Below are positions 48,952 to 62,173 of a stretch of DNA of 64,000 nucleotides, piece by piece. Under the pieces are notes generated by a model. That model was given only the letters and a program-made list of their open reading frames with translations. It made no database searches and had not been told where the DNA came from. The DNA is taken from the NCBI RefSeq assembly GCF_041956535.1, contig NW_027192202.1, forward strand, positions 110,018 through 174,017, given 5' to 3'. Every line of letters starts with the position of its first letter. Position 1 is the stretch's first letter. Origin of the DNA: Calcarisporiella thermophila CBS 279.70 (lineage: Eukaryota; Fungi; Calcarisporiellomycota). Both the position numbers and the translations under genes were made by a program.

Positions 48952-50640
48952 ATGTCGCTTCCCACAATCAAGTTTCTTGATGCCATTACGACCAATACCC
49001 AGGCGCCTTATGATGGATTGCTGATCCTGTTCACGGATGCATCCCGCCTCTCTGGTGTTCAATATCTCAGTGCGTCCACCACACTGAGTAAACATGCAAA
49101 ACATGATGCTGCCTTTGGTAAGGAGGTCTTGTTCGTGGCAGACGATGCCTTCCCCGGAGGCCGCGCTGTGCTAAGTGGTACGGGGGGGTTGGAAGGAGAT
49201 GTTGATGACGTTCGCAAGTGGTTAGGTAATAATTGATGATTACTCATGTCCTTATCGAAGCAGGAGTTAAAATTGACTTCCAAAAAATAAACAATAGATG
49301 CAGCCAAGAAAGCCGTGAACCGGGCTAGAACCGCTGGCATTACCCGTCCTTTACTCTATTTCCCAGACCCTCCGCTTTCGCTTGAGTATCCGGAGGATTA
49401 CGCGCGATTCCTTGAGGTCTCACTCTTGGGAGTTTTAGGTGCGGCTTTTGATCCTGTAGACGTACGAGAGCACTATGCCCTCACGGGTAAATCGGCCTTC
49501 GCCATCGAAGAGCTTGGCGTGTTTGTGGAAGGCTACACTGTCAAAAACTCCGAGCAACTATTGCAGCAAGTGCAGGCGATTGAGGAGGGCAAGCGCCTAG
49601 CCATCGACCTGGGTAGTCCGAACCCAGAGCGTATGGCCCCGCCTGCATTTGCCCAGTACGTCGTCGAAGCCTTCAAGAATGTGAGCAACGTTAATGTAGA
49701 GGTGATCGAGGATTACACGGTGATCAAAAGGGAGTACCCCTTACTCGCGGCAGTGGCCCGCGCGTCTATGTTTGTTGAACGCCACCGTCCACGTGTCGTC
49801 AAACTCTCCTACCGCTCTCCCGCGCCCGAAAAAGTAAAGGAGAACCTCTACTTTGTCGGCAAGGGGGTCACATACGACACCGGTGGTGCTGATGTGAAAT
49901 ACGGTGGAGTCATGCGTGGGATGTCGCGGGATAAATGCGGCGCGGCTTCGCTTGCTGGCTTCATGAAGACTGTCAGCAAACTTGCCCCTGAGCACGTGAA
50001 CATCGACATTTCCCTTGGGCTGGTGAGAAACAGCATTGGTGCGGATTCATACGTGTCGGATGAGGTGATTGTGTCCAGGGCTGGGGTTCGGTGCCTTGTC
50101 GGGAACACGGATGCCGAGGGCCGCATGGTGATGGGCGATCTCCTCTGCGAGGCCAAGGAAACGGCCCTGAAGGGTAACCCTTCCACCTCGAAGCTCTTCA
50201 CCGTTGCAACCCTGACTGGCCATGCTATTCGGGCCTATGGCCCTTATGCTGCCGTACTTGAAAACGGACCTGCGCGCAAGTGTGGAGTTGCGAAACGCCT
50301 GTTTGAGGCCGGAGCCCAGTGGGCCGATCCATTCGAAATCTCGACCTTGAGACGCGAGGACTTCGCCCTGGTCGCCCCTGGAGGAAGAGGCGAAGATGTC
50401 GTGCAGGCCAACGACAAGCCAAGCACCATGACTTCTCGTGGTCACCAATATCCGATGGCGTTCCTTGTGGTGGCGTCGGGGCTCGATAAGCACGGCCTGG
50501 ATGCACCAAAACAGGTGAGACTGGCCTACTCGCATCTGGACGTGGCTGGTTCCGCTGAGGCAGGAAGCCCAGGTGGGCTCAGTTTGGGGACCGTGACGGG
50601 CAATCCTGTCCCCTCTTTAACGGGCGCCTTCCTATTGTAA
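48952..50640 (+). CDS. M17 family (leucyl/cytosol) aminopeptidase
   Basis: VGKGVTYDTGG, SRDKCGAA, NTDAEGR, VATLTG, HLDVAG. One intron at about 49218-49297. Confidence 0.92.
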
Positions 50641-51009
50641 TATTTATGGCTTGCTAGTTTAAAGAATTTTTTTTCTCGCCAAGTTCACGCTTTGAAACAC
50701 CATGGATACGGGGAAAAAGGGACGAGGATGGCCGAGTAGGAAGACAATACTAATCATTAATAAAACAGTAAATCTGAGCAGAGGTATCCGCGCTTTATGT
50801 ATAGAACAAGGGCTTTTACAGCACTGGAAAGAAATGGCTGATGCCAGTCACTCTTCGCCAAATTCAAGAGATCTCAGGGCGATTTTCCTCGTACATTCTG
50901 ATTCAGGGTGTAACCATAAGCCATGTCCTATAAATTTTCCCATTCGGCTGACAAGAAAAATACTCGAACAAACGTTTGAATTTCTCACCGCTACTCTTCT
51001 CACATCTCC

Positions 51010-51429
51010 ATGGATACCTCTCAATCCTCCTATAATATCACGGCGTACAAGCGCCACCTCTTCCAGCGGGCCTACAGCTACCCGTCCCCCCAGCCCTCCT
51101 CCAAGTCGCAGTACTACGGATTCTCCTCGCCGGCCCATCGCGATGATCTTGGGGCCTTCGACAATAACACGGCATCGAGCGAGCGGTCAGGAGAGGGTGT
51201 GAATCAATGGATCGAGGACGAACATGCAAGCCACCTGGGCCGGGAAATGGCGGGCCTAGGCAAAGAGGTGACGCGCCAATTTCTACATTTGAATGAGGCG
51301 AGGAGCAGAACAAATTCCCCAGCTCCACCCGCCCCTCCGACCACGATCCAGCAACCTTTACGCATCCATTCGCTGCCGCCGGAGGAAACCAGCACATCGT
51401 CCACAAATGCAGAGAAAGAACGGCCGTGA
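51010..51429 (+). CDS. Hypothetical 139-aa protein
   Basis: GC-richer ORF with a good ATG context (CCATGG) between AT-rich flanks. No recognisable domain. Confidence 0.35.
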   Translation: MDTSQSSYNITAYKRHLFQRAYSYPSPQPSSKSQYYGFSSPAHRDDLGAFDNNTASSERSGEGVNQWIEDEHASHLGREMAGLGKEVTRQFLHLNEARSRTNSPAPPAPPTTIQQPLRIHSLPPEETSTSSTNAEKERP

Positions 51430-52012
51430 GCGCCGTGTTACCTAGATAGGACTCTTCGCTCTCAGCGAACCATTGCCCTCCTCCCCGTTCACTATCATGG
51501 CGGACTTCCAAACGACAGTCTTAGTTTGTAGTGGGTCATCCCAAAATCGAGTCCTGTACTATATTCTTATCCATCCTGTGTAGTATTTCCTATTCTCAAT
51601 TATTTCCTATTCATGCGTGCAACAAGTTAAGAACCATAATAAAAGGACGCTGTGACTTTTAATTAGATTTCATAAAAATAAAGACGCAATCAAAAGGCGT
51701 TATCCAAAGAGCTCCTCACGTTCTCTCCTCGATACTTAAAGACTTAAGAAAACCTAAAAAAGAATATGGAAAGAAAATGATAGAGAATGTCGAAAAAAAA
51801 AAGAGATAAGCATCCGCTTCAGAAGAGAATATTCATTTCTTCAATCAAATCGAACACCTCCTTATGAAGAATTGGAAAAAAAAAAAAGAAAAATGCTAAT
51901 AAAAATATAGAGGCGCGGTAAAAGTGACATACATATATCTCCGCTCATTTTTTTTTTGTTGTTGACAAACAGCAACCAGAACTTCATGAGGAATTAGCCT
52001 CTCTCCATTGCA

Positions 52013-54460
52013 TCAGGGCATCTCCGTTTTCCAGTGCGGAGTTCCCCCACCGCGATAGGACCAAACTTTGGCCTTGAAGTCTCCAGAGCCGGAGGCGAAC
52101 AGAGGCATCCCTGCTTGGTTGATGGCCACCGATATGACCGAATTTTTGTGGCCTTGCAAGGTCAGCAGAGAATGGCCTGTCCTCCAATCCCAGAATTGCA
52201 CGCTTCTGTCCTTCGAGCCGGAAATAACCCAGTTCCCACACGGCGAAATGGCCACTGAGAGCACGAAATCCTTGTGTCCCGAAAACGTTTGCCGGCACAC
52301 ACTCCCGCCCATGCGAGGAGTGCCGCCTCCCGATGCAAGCAAATTGGTCAAATCCCAAAGCTTCAGGGATCTGTCCAGGCTCCCGCTGACAAGCGATTTT
52401 CCATCGGGACCAAATGCAACACTGTACACGCTGTCCTTGTGGCCCTCCAAGTTGTCCAACAGCCGTCCGGTGCGTGTGTCCCAGATTCGCACCATTTTGT
52501 CCAAAGATCCGGCCGCAACCAAGGATCCATCCGGAGACATGGCCACGCTAGTTACCCCCGCATCCTTTGCACCCGCGTCATCAATACGCAACACGTGTAA
52601 GCATTGGCCGGTTTCTGCATCCCAGATCCGGGCGGTTCTGTCTCCGGATCCGGATGCGATACGCTTTCCATCACGGGACCACTCGAGCGAGTATATATCC
52701 TGCTCATGGCCGGTCAGGATCTGCTGCACGCGTTTCCCCTGAATATCCCAGATGCGCACCTGCTTGTCCTCTGCACCCGTTGCCAAAAATTGATCGTTTG
52801 GCGAGAAGCACACCGAGCGAATGTAGAGATCGCTGCCGTCCATCGCTATGCTTTCGTCAATAAGCACACTATCGCGGGCAAAAAAAAAAATACAATTTGT
52901 AAAGCCTATGGACATAAATCTGAGGATGGTTAAAAAATGAGAGGTTACGTGAGTTTCTTCCCCGATTGCACATCGAATATTTGTGCACTCCTGTTGCATC
53001 CCGTCGCCAAATATTTCCCATCAGAGCTAAACCGCACGCAGCATACGACGCTGTTGTGCTCAAGGATGTGGCGCAAATCGACATCAAGAGTTCGCACCAA
53101 TTTCGGGTTAAACCTGAACCAAAATGTTAGTCGATCCATCGAAAAGGGGCTTCGGGTTTCGCATGCGCATGAGGGACTTACAATGCAAACCAGTCTTGCC
53201 CTTCTTTCCGGTATCCAGCTTGGACATCCGTGTCCATGTCGTGGTATGGAGCATGGGCACCCTTTATGCTCGGTTGGGACGTGCTCATTTTCCGCTTCCC
53301 CGTAGTGGGCGGTTGTCCAGGATTCGTCTCTACATACAGAATAGCCAGGATAAGTCGATACTCTTCGAAATTGGAAAACATCGCTATTTATTCACCTTGC
53401 ATGTAACCTATGAATGGTAATTCGATACGAGGTTGCATTTGTTAGTTTCCTCTAAAATAATTACATGGAAAAAAACTACTGTGTTACCCATCTGTGGTGG
53501 ACCCTGCGATGCAATTGTACTCCCAATCGGAGTTTGGTTGGGATTGTAAGCCTGACTTTGGGTATACATGCCCCCCGGATGCGGTGGAGGAGGCAGCCCA
53601 CCCGTGGAGCCCCGAGGATCGTCTCTAGCCATCGCGGAGTGATCTGGACCCGTGGTTCCGGGAGCTGTGCTTGGTGGTAAATAGCCTCCGCCTGCTCCAT
53701 TCATGTAAGGGGGTGGAGGACCTGCAGGTGGGTGAGAGTATTGAGAGGGCGGAGGAGGGTGCTGCTGCTGCTGCTGCTGTTGTTGTTGCTGCTGCTGCTC
53801 CATCATACGAGGGGGAGCAGCAAGACTATGAGGACCTTGGCCTCCACCAGTCCCTCCCGCGGCGCTACCTCCAATTATCCCGCTGAAGAGATTCGAAGGA
53901 CCATGCCCTAGCTGTGGGGGAGCAGGCTGCTGTGAGAGATGTGAGGCAGGCGTCGGCAAGGATGGAGCATGCGCTGATGTGGGGGGTGTAGGGGGAACCT
54001 TGTGACCTGCTCGAAGCATCTCGTTTTCTCTTCGTAAACGTAGGATTTCATCTTCATATCTAAAAAAGAGCAAAAATATTAGCCATATTTCCCCGCCCAT
54101 ATGACCCTATTATGTTCCAAGCACTTACTGTTGTTTATATCGTTGATGCAGTTGCTCGAGATCCATTAATTGGTGTTTAAAAATATTCATTTCCTGAATC
54201 TGTGCTGCAACTAGAATGATAGATTCGTAAGTCCGTGGAAACATCATTTGGCCAAGCACGAAAAGATCAAATATACTTCTGGCATTGCATCCACTAAAAT
54301 CACACCATCATTACTTACATTTTTGTTCATATTCCTCTATCCGAATCTTGCTCTGGGATGCATTATGGGAGAGCGCGTCATGTTCACCCTTCAATTGATC
54401 AATCATATCCACGATCCGCGATGATGGTGGGGCCATTGGCCGATGATTATAGACCGACAT
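52013..54460 (-). CDS. TUP1: General transcriptional corepressor Tup1
   Basis: Tup_N region ([35 protein letters not shown]), Q/P-rich linker, and WD40 [53 protein letters not shown]. Confidence 0.95.
53760..53799 (-). repeat. CAG/CAA microsatellite encoding polyQ in Tup1
   Basis: (GCT)n(GTT)n(GCT)n on the plus strand; run of about 13 Gln. Confidence 0.9.
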
Positions 54461-55243
54461 TTCTGAGAATTGCTAGAACACCGAAAAATAGATCCAAGAA
54501 TTATCGATTGTTGGTAGAACTAGGGGGAAAACGCGCCAACCGCGGTTTCTTCGCTCCTTCTTGTCTTCTCAATCGCTTACTACGGTCGAGCTCTAGTGAA
54601 ATTGAAAAATGTAGGGCGAATTTATATGAAAGACTGCAGATGTGAGAAAGGTCGATCGAAAACGGGGTTGATTTCGATTTTTATGCCAATGGTATGATCG
54701 CGTACTTTTATCTTCTTCAGTGATAAACAAAAAAAATTCCTCGCGTTGATCGTCACACTGGAAATCCCTGAAAGAGAAAAAAAAAATGCGGCAAAGAATC
54801 GTCGAATAAGAAAAAAAAAAAAAAAAAAAATAAAGAAAAGGGAAAAAAACGAAAGGGAAGCAACGAAAAAGAAATTCGCAGTTGGATCGTTTCAATCCCG
54901 AGGGTTTGGTCCGGGCGAAACTCTGTCGTCATCAATGAAATTCTGTCTTTATTTTCGATATCAAAATTGTTAATAGCTAAAGCTTGAGCTAAAAACTATT
55001 GATAATCTACAATATAACAATAATAAAAAACATAGTTGTGACATAGAATAATATATAATGGAAGGGAGGAATCAATTTTAACAAAGAAAAAAAAATATAT
55101 GAGCCAGAAAAAGATATATATTTATAGGGGGAAAAGGGGGAAGAAGGAAGATTAAAAGGGGATACACAAAGTATCTCGAACAAGGCATCCAAGAGAAAAA
55201 AATGATTGTTTTGATAAAATAGTTGATGGCATGCTGAATTACG

Positions 55244-56915
55244 TTACTCTACCAGGGCGGTTTCACATATTGTCTCATCGGGGGGTCTTGGCCATCCCCG
55301 CTCGCTAGTCTGCGGCTCAAATATTGTTTCTATTCCATTTGTGTTTGTAGACGCAGAGCGGTGATGGAAAACGATGCGATTACCCGATGAGCTGGGGGCG
55401 CGAGAACGTATTACGGGCTGATAGTCGGCACCGGTAGTAGCGTTAAGTATATTTGTGTCACGTTCTCCAAGCGTCCCAAGTACGGTGCAAGCAGAGCTTG
55501 GCGAAGCTATTAGAGGAGGCTCGGCACGGCCCTGAGTATGGATGGCAATATCCTTTGGATGGCCCCCAACCGCACCGCTGCTCGATGGTGCGGATGAGAC
55601 CGCCGTTGCACTCAACTTATCCGCCAGCGTGATCACGCCTATTGTTCGGTCCGCCGCGATATTTTCCATTTCGTCTTCACTCAACACATCTCCAACTTCG
55701 GGGGATACGCATTTGTACTCGAGATCTGCTGCACTGCTGCTTATTTCCGAGGTAGGTAGTAGTGGGAGCACGGCGGGAATATTCTTGGTTGGCTCGAGTG
55801 CGAGCTCAGTTGACGATGCAGTATTTACCGATTCCGCGATATTAGTTTCTGCCGTCGCCGAACTCGGCTGACGGTTGTTCACCGGCTGTACCTCTTTTGT
55901 CAGAGCCCTGCGTAAGTTGGTGCAGTTTTCGAAAGCATTCTCCCAGAGTTCAGCAACCTCTACATTGGCATCCAAATTTGCGTATGCTCTGCAAAGGGGG
56001 CAGAGGAAGCTTGGGTGGTGCGAGATGAGTGGGCGGATACATTTAAAGTGAAATGCATGCGAGCAAGGGGCAATGAAGAGCGCTTGGAGTGGGCCAATAG
56101 CGTAAAGACAGATGCAACATTCGGCTGTAGTAGCATTTCCGTTGGTTGGAGAGTTGGGAGTGATGGAATTGGGGGGGACTAGATTGGTGACATCCATTTG
56201 CTTTAGAAGATTTTGGTATTGTGTAATCCTAGCAAGAGAGAAGAGTATAGGGAAAGGAGAGAGTTAGCTTGAAGCTAGCCCAGAATACTCATAGATATAG
56301 TACTTGAACGCGTCCAGTTGAACTTGACAGCTTCTCCTGATCTCAATCCGGATCATTACACAGCGGTATAATTCTGTATCATCATACAAATTTGATTAAA
56401 TGCCTGGTGGTAAGTAAATAAACACAATCATTTTGATTACCTTCGCAGCCTCCCTGATAATCTATACCCAACCGGACTATATCACCGTCTCTCAGGGGAA
56501 ATGGTCTGCTCTCAACCTTGGGCTGTGAGAGTCTTACGTGGTTTAAGAACGTGCCTGAAGAGGATCCTGCATCGCGAATATAAAACTATTGCAAATAGTA
56601 TTTAGTCAATGGAAAAAAAAAAGGGATAAGAGAGAGGGGGGGGGGGAACACCCCCTAATGACAATATCCCCAACTTACATTTCCCTGTTCTGACCAGATC
56701 TCGGCATGAGATCGTGAGACAACCTTACTCTTGAACATGATGAAGTTGGAGTTCTGCAGGCGCGCACGTTCCGTGAAGCGGCCAATGCGCAGAATGGTGC
56801 CCTGGGGGACCTGCTTTTCCACGGGTTCAAAGTGGAAGCCTGGGGTATCGACGAAATGGGGGAGGAGGCGGATAAAGGGAAGCATGTTATCTTGCGACGA
56901 GAATGATTTCGCCAT
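55244..56915 (-). CDS. DMA1: FHA + RING-H2 E3 ubiquitin ligase (Dma1/Dma2/Chf family)
   Basis: FHA: LRIGRFTER..FKSKVVSRSHAEIW, YIRDAGSSSGTFLN, LRDGDIVRLGIDYQGG. RING: ECCICL..QALFIAPCSHAFHFKCIRP..CPLCR. Confidence 0.9.
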
Positions 56916-57871
56916 TCAGAACAGGGGGATCGACACAGATGGGGAGGAGGAGGATGCTTGAAGAATGATGGCCAGAGCGTAGAGGGATTTTCCCATCGAA
57001 ATGGACGCGAGGGCACAGGGAAAGTATATTGCTGCAGAGGAGAAAAATAAAAAAGAAAAAACTTTTTATTCTAATGAATAGAGCAGGTGGCTTCGTGACC
57101 ACGGACGACAATTCATCATGCACGTTATTCGATAATGAGGGAGAAAATAGACTGTTCCACAGTTGTAAGAGGAGACGCAAGCAAATTGGCTACCACAAGC
57201 GATTAAGCTTTGCCTAGCGCCCCTGCCCACTGACCGGCGTCCGCCGCCGCGCAACTCGCAGCCCCTGCTTCATACCGCGGCGCGTCTCTATTGAGTTGGC
57301 TCCCCCAATCTCGTGACCAATGGCGGTCAACCTTGGCCGGGTGCCGATCAAGCCTACTGGGTGGCGATAATGCTGTTCCCTTGGGCGTGACTCTTAAACC
57401 TGCCATCAGATCCATGTGGCACCAAGGGTTGAAATTGCGTCTGATGGTTGCCCATATACATTCGCCGCATCGCCTTAAATGTAGCTTGAAAGCTATAGAG
57501 TTATAGAGCTCCATGCAAACAGCTCTCGTAATTAGGCTGCAGGCAATCCATCCTTTCTGCTGGCAGTCACTGAGGTGCTAAATCTAGTCGCATTTGAATC
57601 CCTTGTACGGTGACTCGAGGAATGGTGACGCTTTCGACCGTGGGTTATTTTTTCAGAAACCTTGGGCTACCAGTTTGAAGGTAATTTTAATTAAAATACG
57701 GCCTGTGGGAAACATTTGGAAATCAATCAAGTACAGCGCTCGAGCTCCAGATTAGCCCATCTAACACAAGCCACACTTCCACATTTTCTTTGAAGTGGCA
57801 AAATACCGGCTGCTTTATTTTTGCAGTCATTCTAGTTTAAAACTGCATTCCAACATCCATTCTTTCCAAGC

Positions 57872-59390
57872 ATGAAACAAAAACTCGCACAGTTATTTCG
57901 CGGAAACCTCGTACACACTCCCTCCAAAGGAGAGCTCGAAATTCTTACGGATGTCTACTGTGGAGTCGACGAGCAGGGCAAAATTGCATTCATTAGCCCT
58001 ATAAACAGTGAGGGGTGGCGAGAGGAATTTGATGCCCAAGGCGCAATGGAAATTGACGTTGGAAAAAACAGATTCCTGATGCCGGGGTTTGTGGATCTGC
58101 ATTTTCACGCGGTAAGACCACCGGAGTACATGTACATCCCACATTATCAAAATTGTTAAATACGAATTATTATCACAGCCGCAGTATCCGTTCCACGGAA
58201 CTGCAACCGACACATCCCTCATGCAGTGGCTACAAAAATATATCTTTCCAACGGAAGCTCGCTATGGCAAGGATCTTGCTTTCGCCACCAGCGTGTATAG
58301 ACGCATGGTCAATCATCTATTAAGACTTGGCACCACGACGGCACTATTTTACGCCACCATTGATGTTGAACCTAGCTTGGTACTATGCGACGAGATAGAA
58401 TCAGCTGGCATGAGAGGTTTTGTTGGCATCCCAAGTTTAGATAGTAAGTGCGGAGAAAGCCATACATAATGGTCGAGTAAACTTACCATCTCAACGTTTG
58501 CCTTAGGGAATGGCTCCGCAGAACATGGTTATGAGCGCTCTACCGCCCAAGCCATTGAAGATGCTCAACGATTTATTGACACGGTCCTCGCGCGTCATAA
58601 ACCTCGGGACCTTGTCCATCCCGTCGTCACCCCACGCTTCCTTCCCACTTGCTCTCCTGAGCTATTGACTGCTCTCTCAAATCTTGCACATCAACATAAC
58701 CTCCTCATCCAATCCCATATCTCAGAATCCCGTGATGAGGTTGAATCTGTCCAAAAGTTGTATGGTGAGCCTGACGCCAAGGTGTTTGAGAGAATGAACA
58801 TGATGGGCCCAAGGACCGTAATGGCACATGCCACGCGCATGACACGTGATGATTGGAATATTGTCAAGAGTAAGGGCGTAGGCATTGCTCATTGTCCTCT
58901 CTCCAATGCATTCTTTGGAGACGGTGCGGTCTCTGTCAAAAGGCTATGGCGCGAAAACATAAAGGTGGGATTAGGAACCGATGTTGCTGGCGGATATACT
59001 CCCGCAATGCTCTCCGCTATAAGGCAAGCCGTGGTCACCTCCAAAATGATGGAGGCGCAGAGAAAAGATTCCATAGATAAGCATGGAGTACAAAAAAACT
59101 GGAGCGATGAGCCATTGGACATGGATTGGGTGAGTGGACTATATCTTGCAACTCTGGGAGGAGCAGAGGTTCTTGGCATGGCGGATAAGATAGGTACATT
59201 GGCTGTTGGAAAATCTCTGGACGCTATTGTTGTAGAAGTTCTCCCATTCAATGGGCAGTTTAGACCACCCTTTGAAGTGTTCCCAACCGACACAATGCGC
59301 GACCGGGTGGAGAAATTTGTGAACTTGGGCGACGATAGAAATATCAAACAAGTTTTTGTTGGAGGGAAATGCGTGTTTTCTTGTGAATAA
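57872..59390 (+). CDS. GUD1: Guanine deaminase
   Basis: FLMPGFVDLHFHA|PQY, LMQWLQKYIFPTE, GTTTALFYAT, PVVTPRFLPTCS, IQSHISES, AHCPLSN, VGLGTDVAGG, GDDRNI. Confidence 0.93.
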
Positions 59391-59810
59391 TAGGCCATAT
59401 ATATTTGCATTTTGTCTCCTCCTTCTTGGATGCAACATAGCTGAAATGAATTTTTTTCGGCAGGACCATTTATGCCATTAGGCAATTATTGGATCCATAA
59501 ATTAAATTTTCTTTAAAAAGGTAGTTGTTGTAACAACACACTTCAAATAAGATAGAGCGCATTAAGGGGAAAAGTTCACGATGACTTTCTGCGAATTCAA
59601 ACATAAAGCAACAGGCACTTACTCAGAATAATAATAAAAAAAAAATAAAAAGAAATAATTCAAGCAAGCTATACTCGCGATAATAAAAGAAGGAAATTGT
59701 GTAAACAAGGATGGAAATACGCTCCTTGGGCACTTGTTTTTGAAAATTTCCGTCGTCGAAAGGGGACCAACTCCTCGCTCTCAATTCCGGCATCACGATT
59801 CCATCCCAGG

Positions 59811-60782
59811 TTATGAGATGGGCTTGAAGTTCGAGTCGATTGTGTTAGCCTGGTCATTGATAGAATCGGCGGGGTTGCTCCGCTTGCCAATGGTTGCCGC
59901 GCCTTGATCCTCCACGTCCTGCTGGAGCATTTCTTGGACCATTCGCATCCTAGCAGCAACCAGCTCCTTCTGGCTCATATGCTTTGTTCGTTCTGAATCC
60001 GAACGATATTTATGTTCGGGTTGGGTATGGGCGATCTCGCGCTTCTGGTAGGGGGGTCTTTTAACGGGGTAGGATCGCAGCCGTTGAGGGTAAAATGGGC
60101 GAGTTTGACGGTTCTGACGGTTCTGCCCTTCGCGATCCACTAGGAGCTCGAATCGTTTATCGATAAAGTGAGGTTTATGATAGCTATGATGCTTCCCGTA
60201 GGGAACATAAACAGGCTGGGCAGACATGCGCTGAGGTGCACCACCCGAGAAGAATTCATAGGCTGGGTCATATGAGACGCGCTGAGGATATCCCATAGGG
60301 TCATGGTGATCAGAATACCAGAAATCATCTTGGTAGTAGTAGCCCTCCGGACCCTGTTTCATAAGACTAGAATTATCGCCCGGCCCCGATGCCTTTGTGT
60401 TTGCGTTCGAATTCTCGCTGGACTGCTCATCCGAATTCACGGCCGAGTTGAACAAATCCAAGTGATCAAGCACATGGATATTATTAAGGGCATTATCTAT
60501 CACACCACGTTTCATCTTTCTCCACTGTTTTTTGTAGATGCCTTCCCCGCCTTGCTTCGAGAGAACCGAATTGTCGCCTGGACCTGATGCTTTGGTGTTA
60601 GCATTACGATTCTCCGAATCCTGTGGATTAGAATTGACCATGGAATCTATTAACTCCAGGTGATCAATAAGATCCAAATTGTTGACGGCATTGTCAAGAA
60701 TTCCACGACGTAAGTGCGCTGCACCTTGCGCGAGACTCGCGAAGAGCATAAGCGAGAGTGTTATACCAAGCGATGGTTTCAT
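59811..60782 (-). CDS. Secreted Kex2-processed repeat precursor (KEP-like)
   Basis: Signal peptide. Two ~57-aa repeats, each starting after RR or KR (GILDNAVNN.. / GVIDNALNN..). Further KR sites. Intronless 323 aa. Confidence 0.8.
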   Translation of the reverse strand: MKPSLGITLSLMLFASLAQGAAHLRRGILDNAVNNLDLIDHLELIDSMVNSNPQDSENRNANTKASGPGDNSVLSKQGGEGIYKKQWRKMKRGVIDNALNNIHVLDHLDLFNSAVNSDEQSSENSNANTKASGPGDNSSLMKQGPEGYYYQDDFWYSDHHDPMGYPQRVSYDPAYEFFSGGAPQRMSAQPVYVPYGKHHSYHKPHFIDKRFELLVDREGQNRQNRQTRPFYPQRLRSYPVKRPPYQKREIAHTQPEHKYRSDSERTKHMSQKELVAARMRMVQEMLQQDVEDQGAATIGKRSNPADSINDQANTIDSNFKPIS

Positions 60783-62173
60783 TTTTGTTCAATTATTGTT
60801 TTTGCGAGAATGGGGGGCGTGGGTATATGCAGGGATATCTTGTTTGTAAAATGAAGCGTGTACTTAGGAAAGGAGAGGGGCTCGTCAAGAGTTGGATAAA
60901 GGAGAAAAGAATTATTAAATAGGTATACTGCTACTTCTTGGGTATAGGAGAGAAATATGGACACTAGTTTGTAAGGACTAGATGGATATGTATAAAAAAA
61001 TAATAAGGGCGATGGCGAGTTCAAGGATGGAACGGGGGAGGAAAGAGAAAGGAAAAGTGTAAAATGAAGCGTTTAAAAGTGATTTGAAATTCGGCTGAAC
61101 CAAACCCCAACGATACATTCTTCTTTGTCTCTAGCTGAAATGCCGGAATTTTCTTTCCTTTATATTGCATACCGGTCAATTTCATGCCACGGTTGAGAAT
61201 GAAAGAATGTTGCAACAGAAATTCCAAATCGGAAATTTCTTGGTATGAAGATAATAATAATCCTGTCGTTATTAAATCTAGAACCATCCCCTCCATATAT
61301 TAATTACTTTCAAGACTACTCTTTGCGTTTTCAAATATATTTTTGACCAACATACAGTTGACTAACACAATTGTTCTCCCTCAAAGCCATCAAGTTCGTT
61401 GAATAAAGTATGATGGTATAGTGTCGAATGAGGCTAGAACCATATCGTCATCTTCGATGGTCAATGCTCTTATCCAATTATGTCAAGAATCAAAATAAAA
61501 TTAGAAAATAATGTCACTGGGATCTGGGACAAATCCAGACCAGAATTCCAAATGTGCCTTCCATGAAGAATTGGCCAATGGAGATTTCATATTGGACCTT
61601 TGATTAAGTCGCTGATGGAAAAGTCATCGGGTCGAGACGAGAGTTCAGATCAATCATGCTTACGCTGTAAGCAGCAAATTACTTGGTTAGAAACACTGGT
61701 TCTTGTATATTTGGAGTATGAAACCTATTATGGATGAAGAAGGAACTCCACTATTGAGCGATCTGAAGAGGGCATCAGGTACTTATAAACCACTTCCACG
61801 TAGATGGTACTCAATAACGGAATTTATGAGTGTGCAATCCATGGCCGTGTTATAAGTATTGAATAGTGTTTGTAATTCAATGGTCGTCTCAGCCTTCCAT
61901 CTGGTAAGTCTGAATGCCCTTGCTCCACGAGTTAAGGCAGTATGGTTTTGAGGGTTTCCGGATGATATCCAATAAAAATCTTTAATAGAACTATAATAAA
62001 GAAATGCTACATAAACATATATAGGCAGGGCAAGTAGGAATGGGTTCAGGCATCTAGTGCTCACAAACAAAAAGGAAAAAACTATTGTAAAAATGGAAGA
62101 TAGAATGATTATCTAAATGGTGTGCGCATTTAGGCAGGATGAAGCCACCAAATAGCATTCTATTGAATTCCCA

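Noticed and set aside
61559-61620. Possible C/D box snoRNA (ATGAAGA...CTGA with short terminal complementarity)
   Set aside because: Imperfect C box, very short, and no rRNA-complementary guide recognised.
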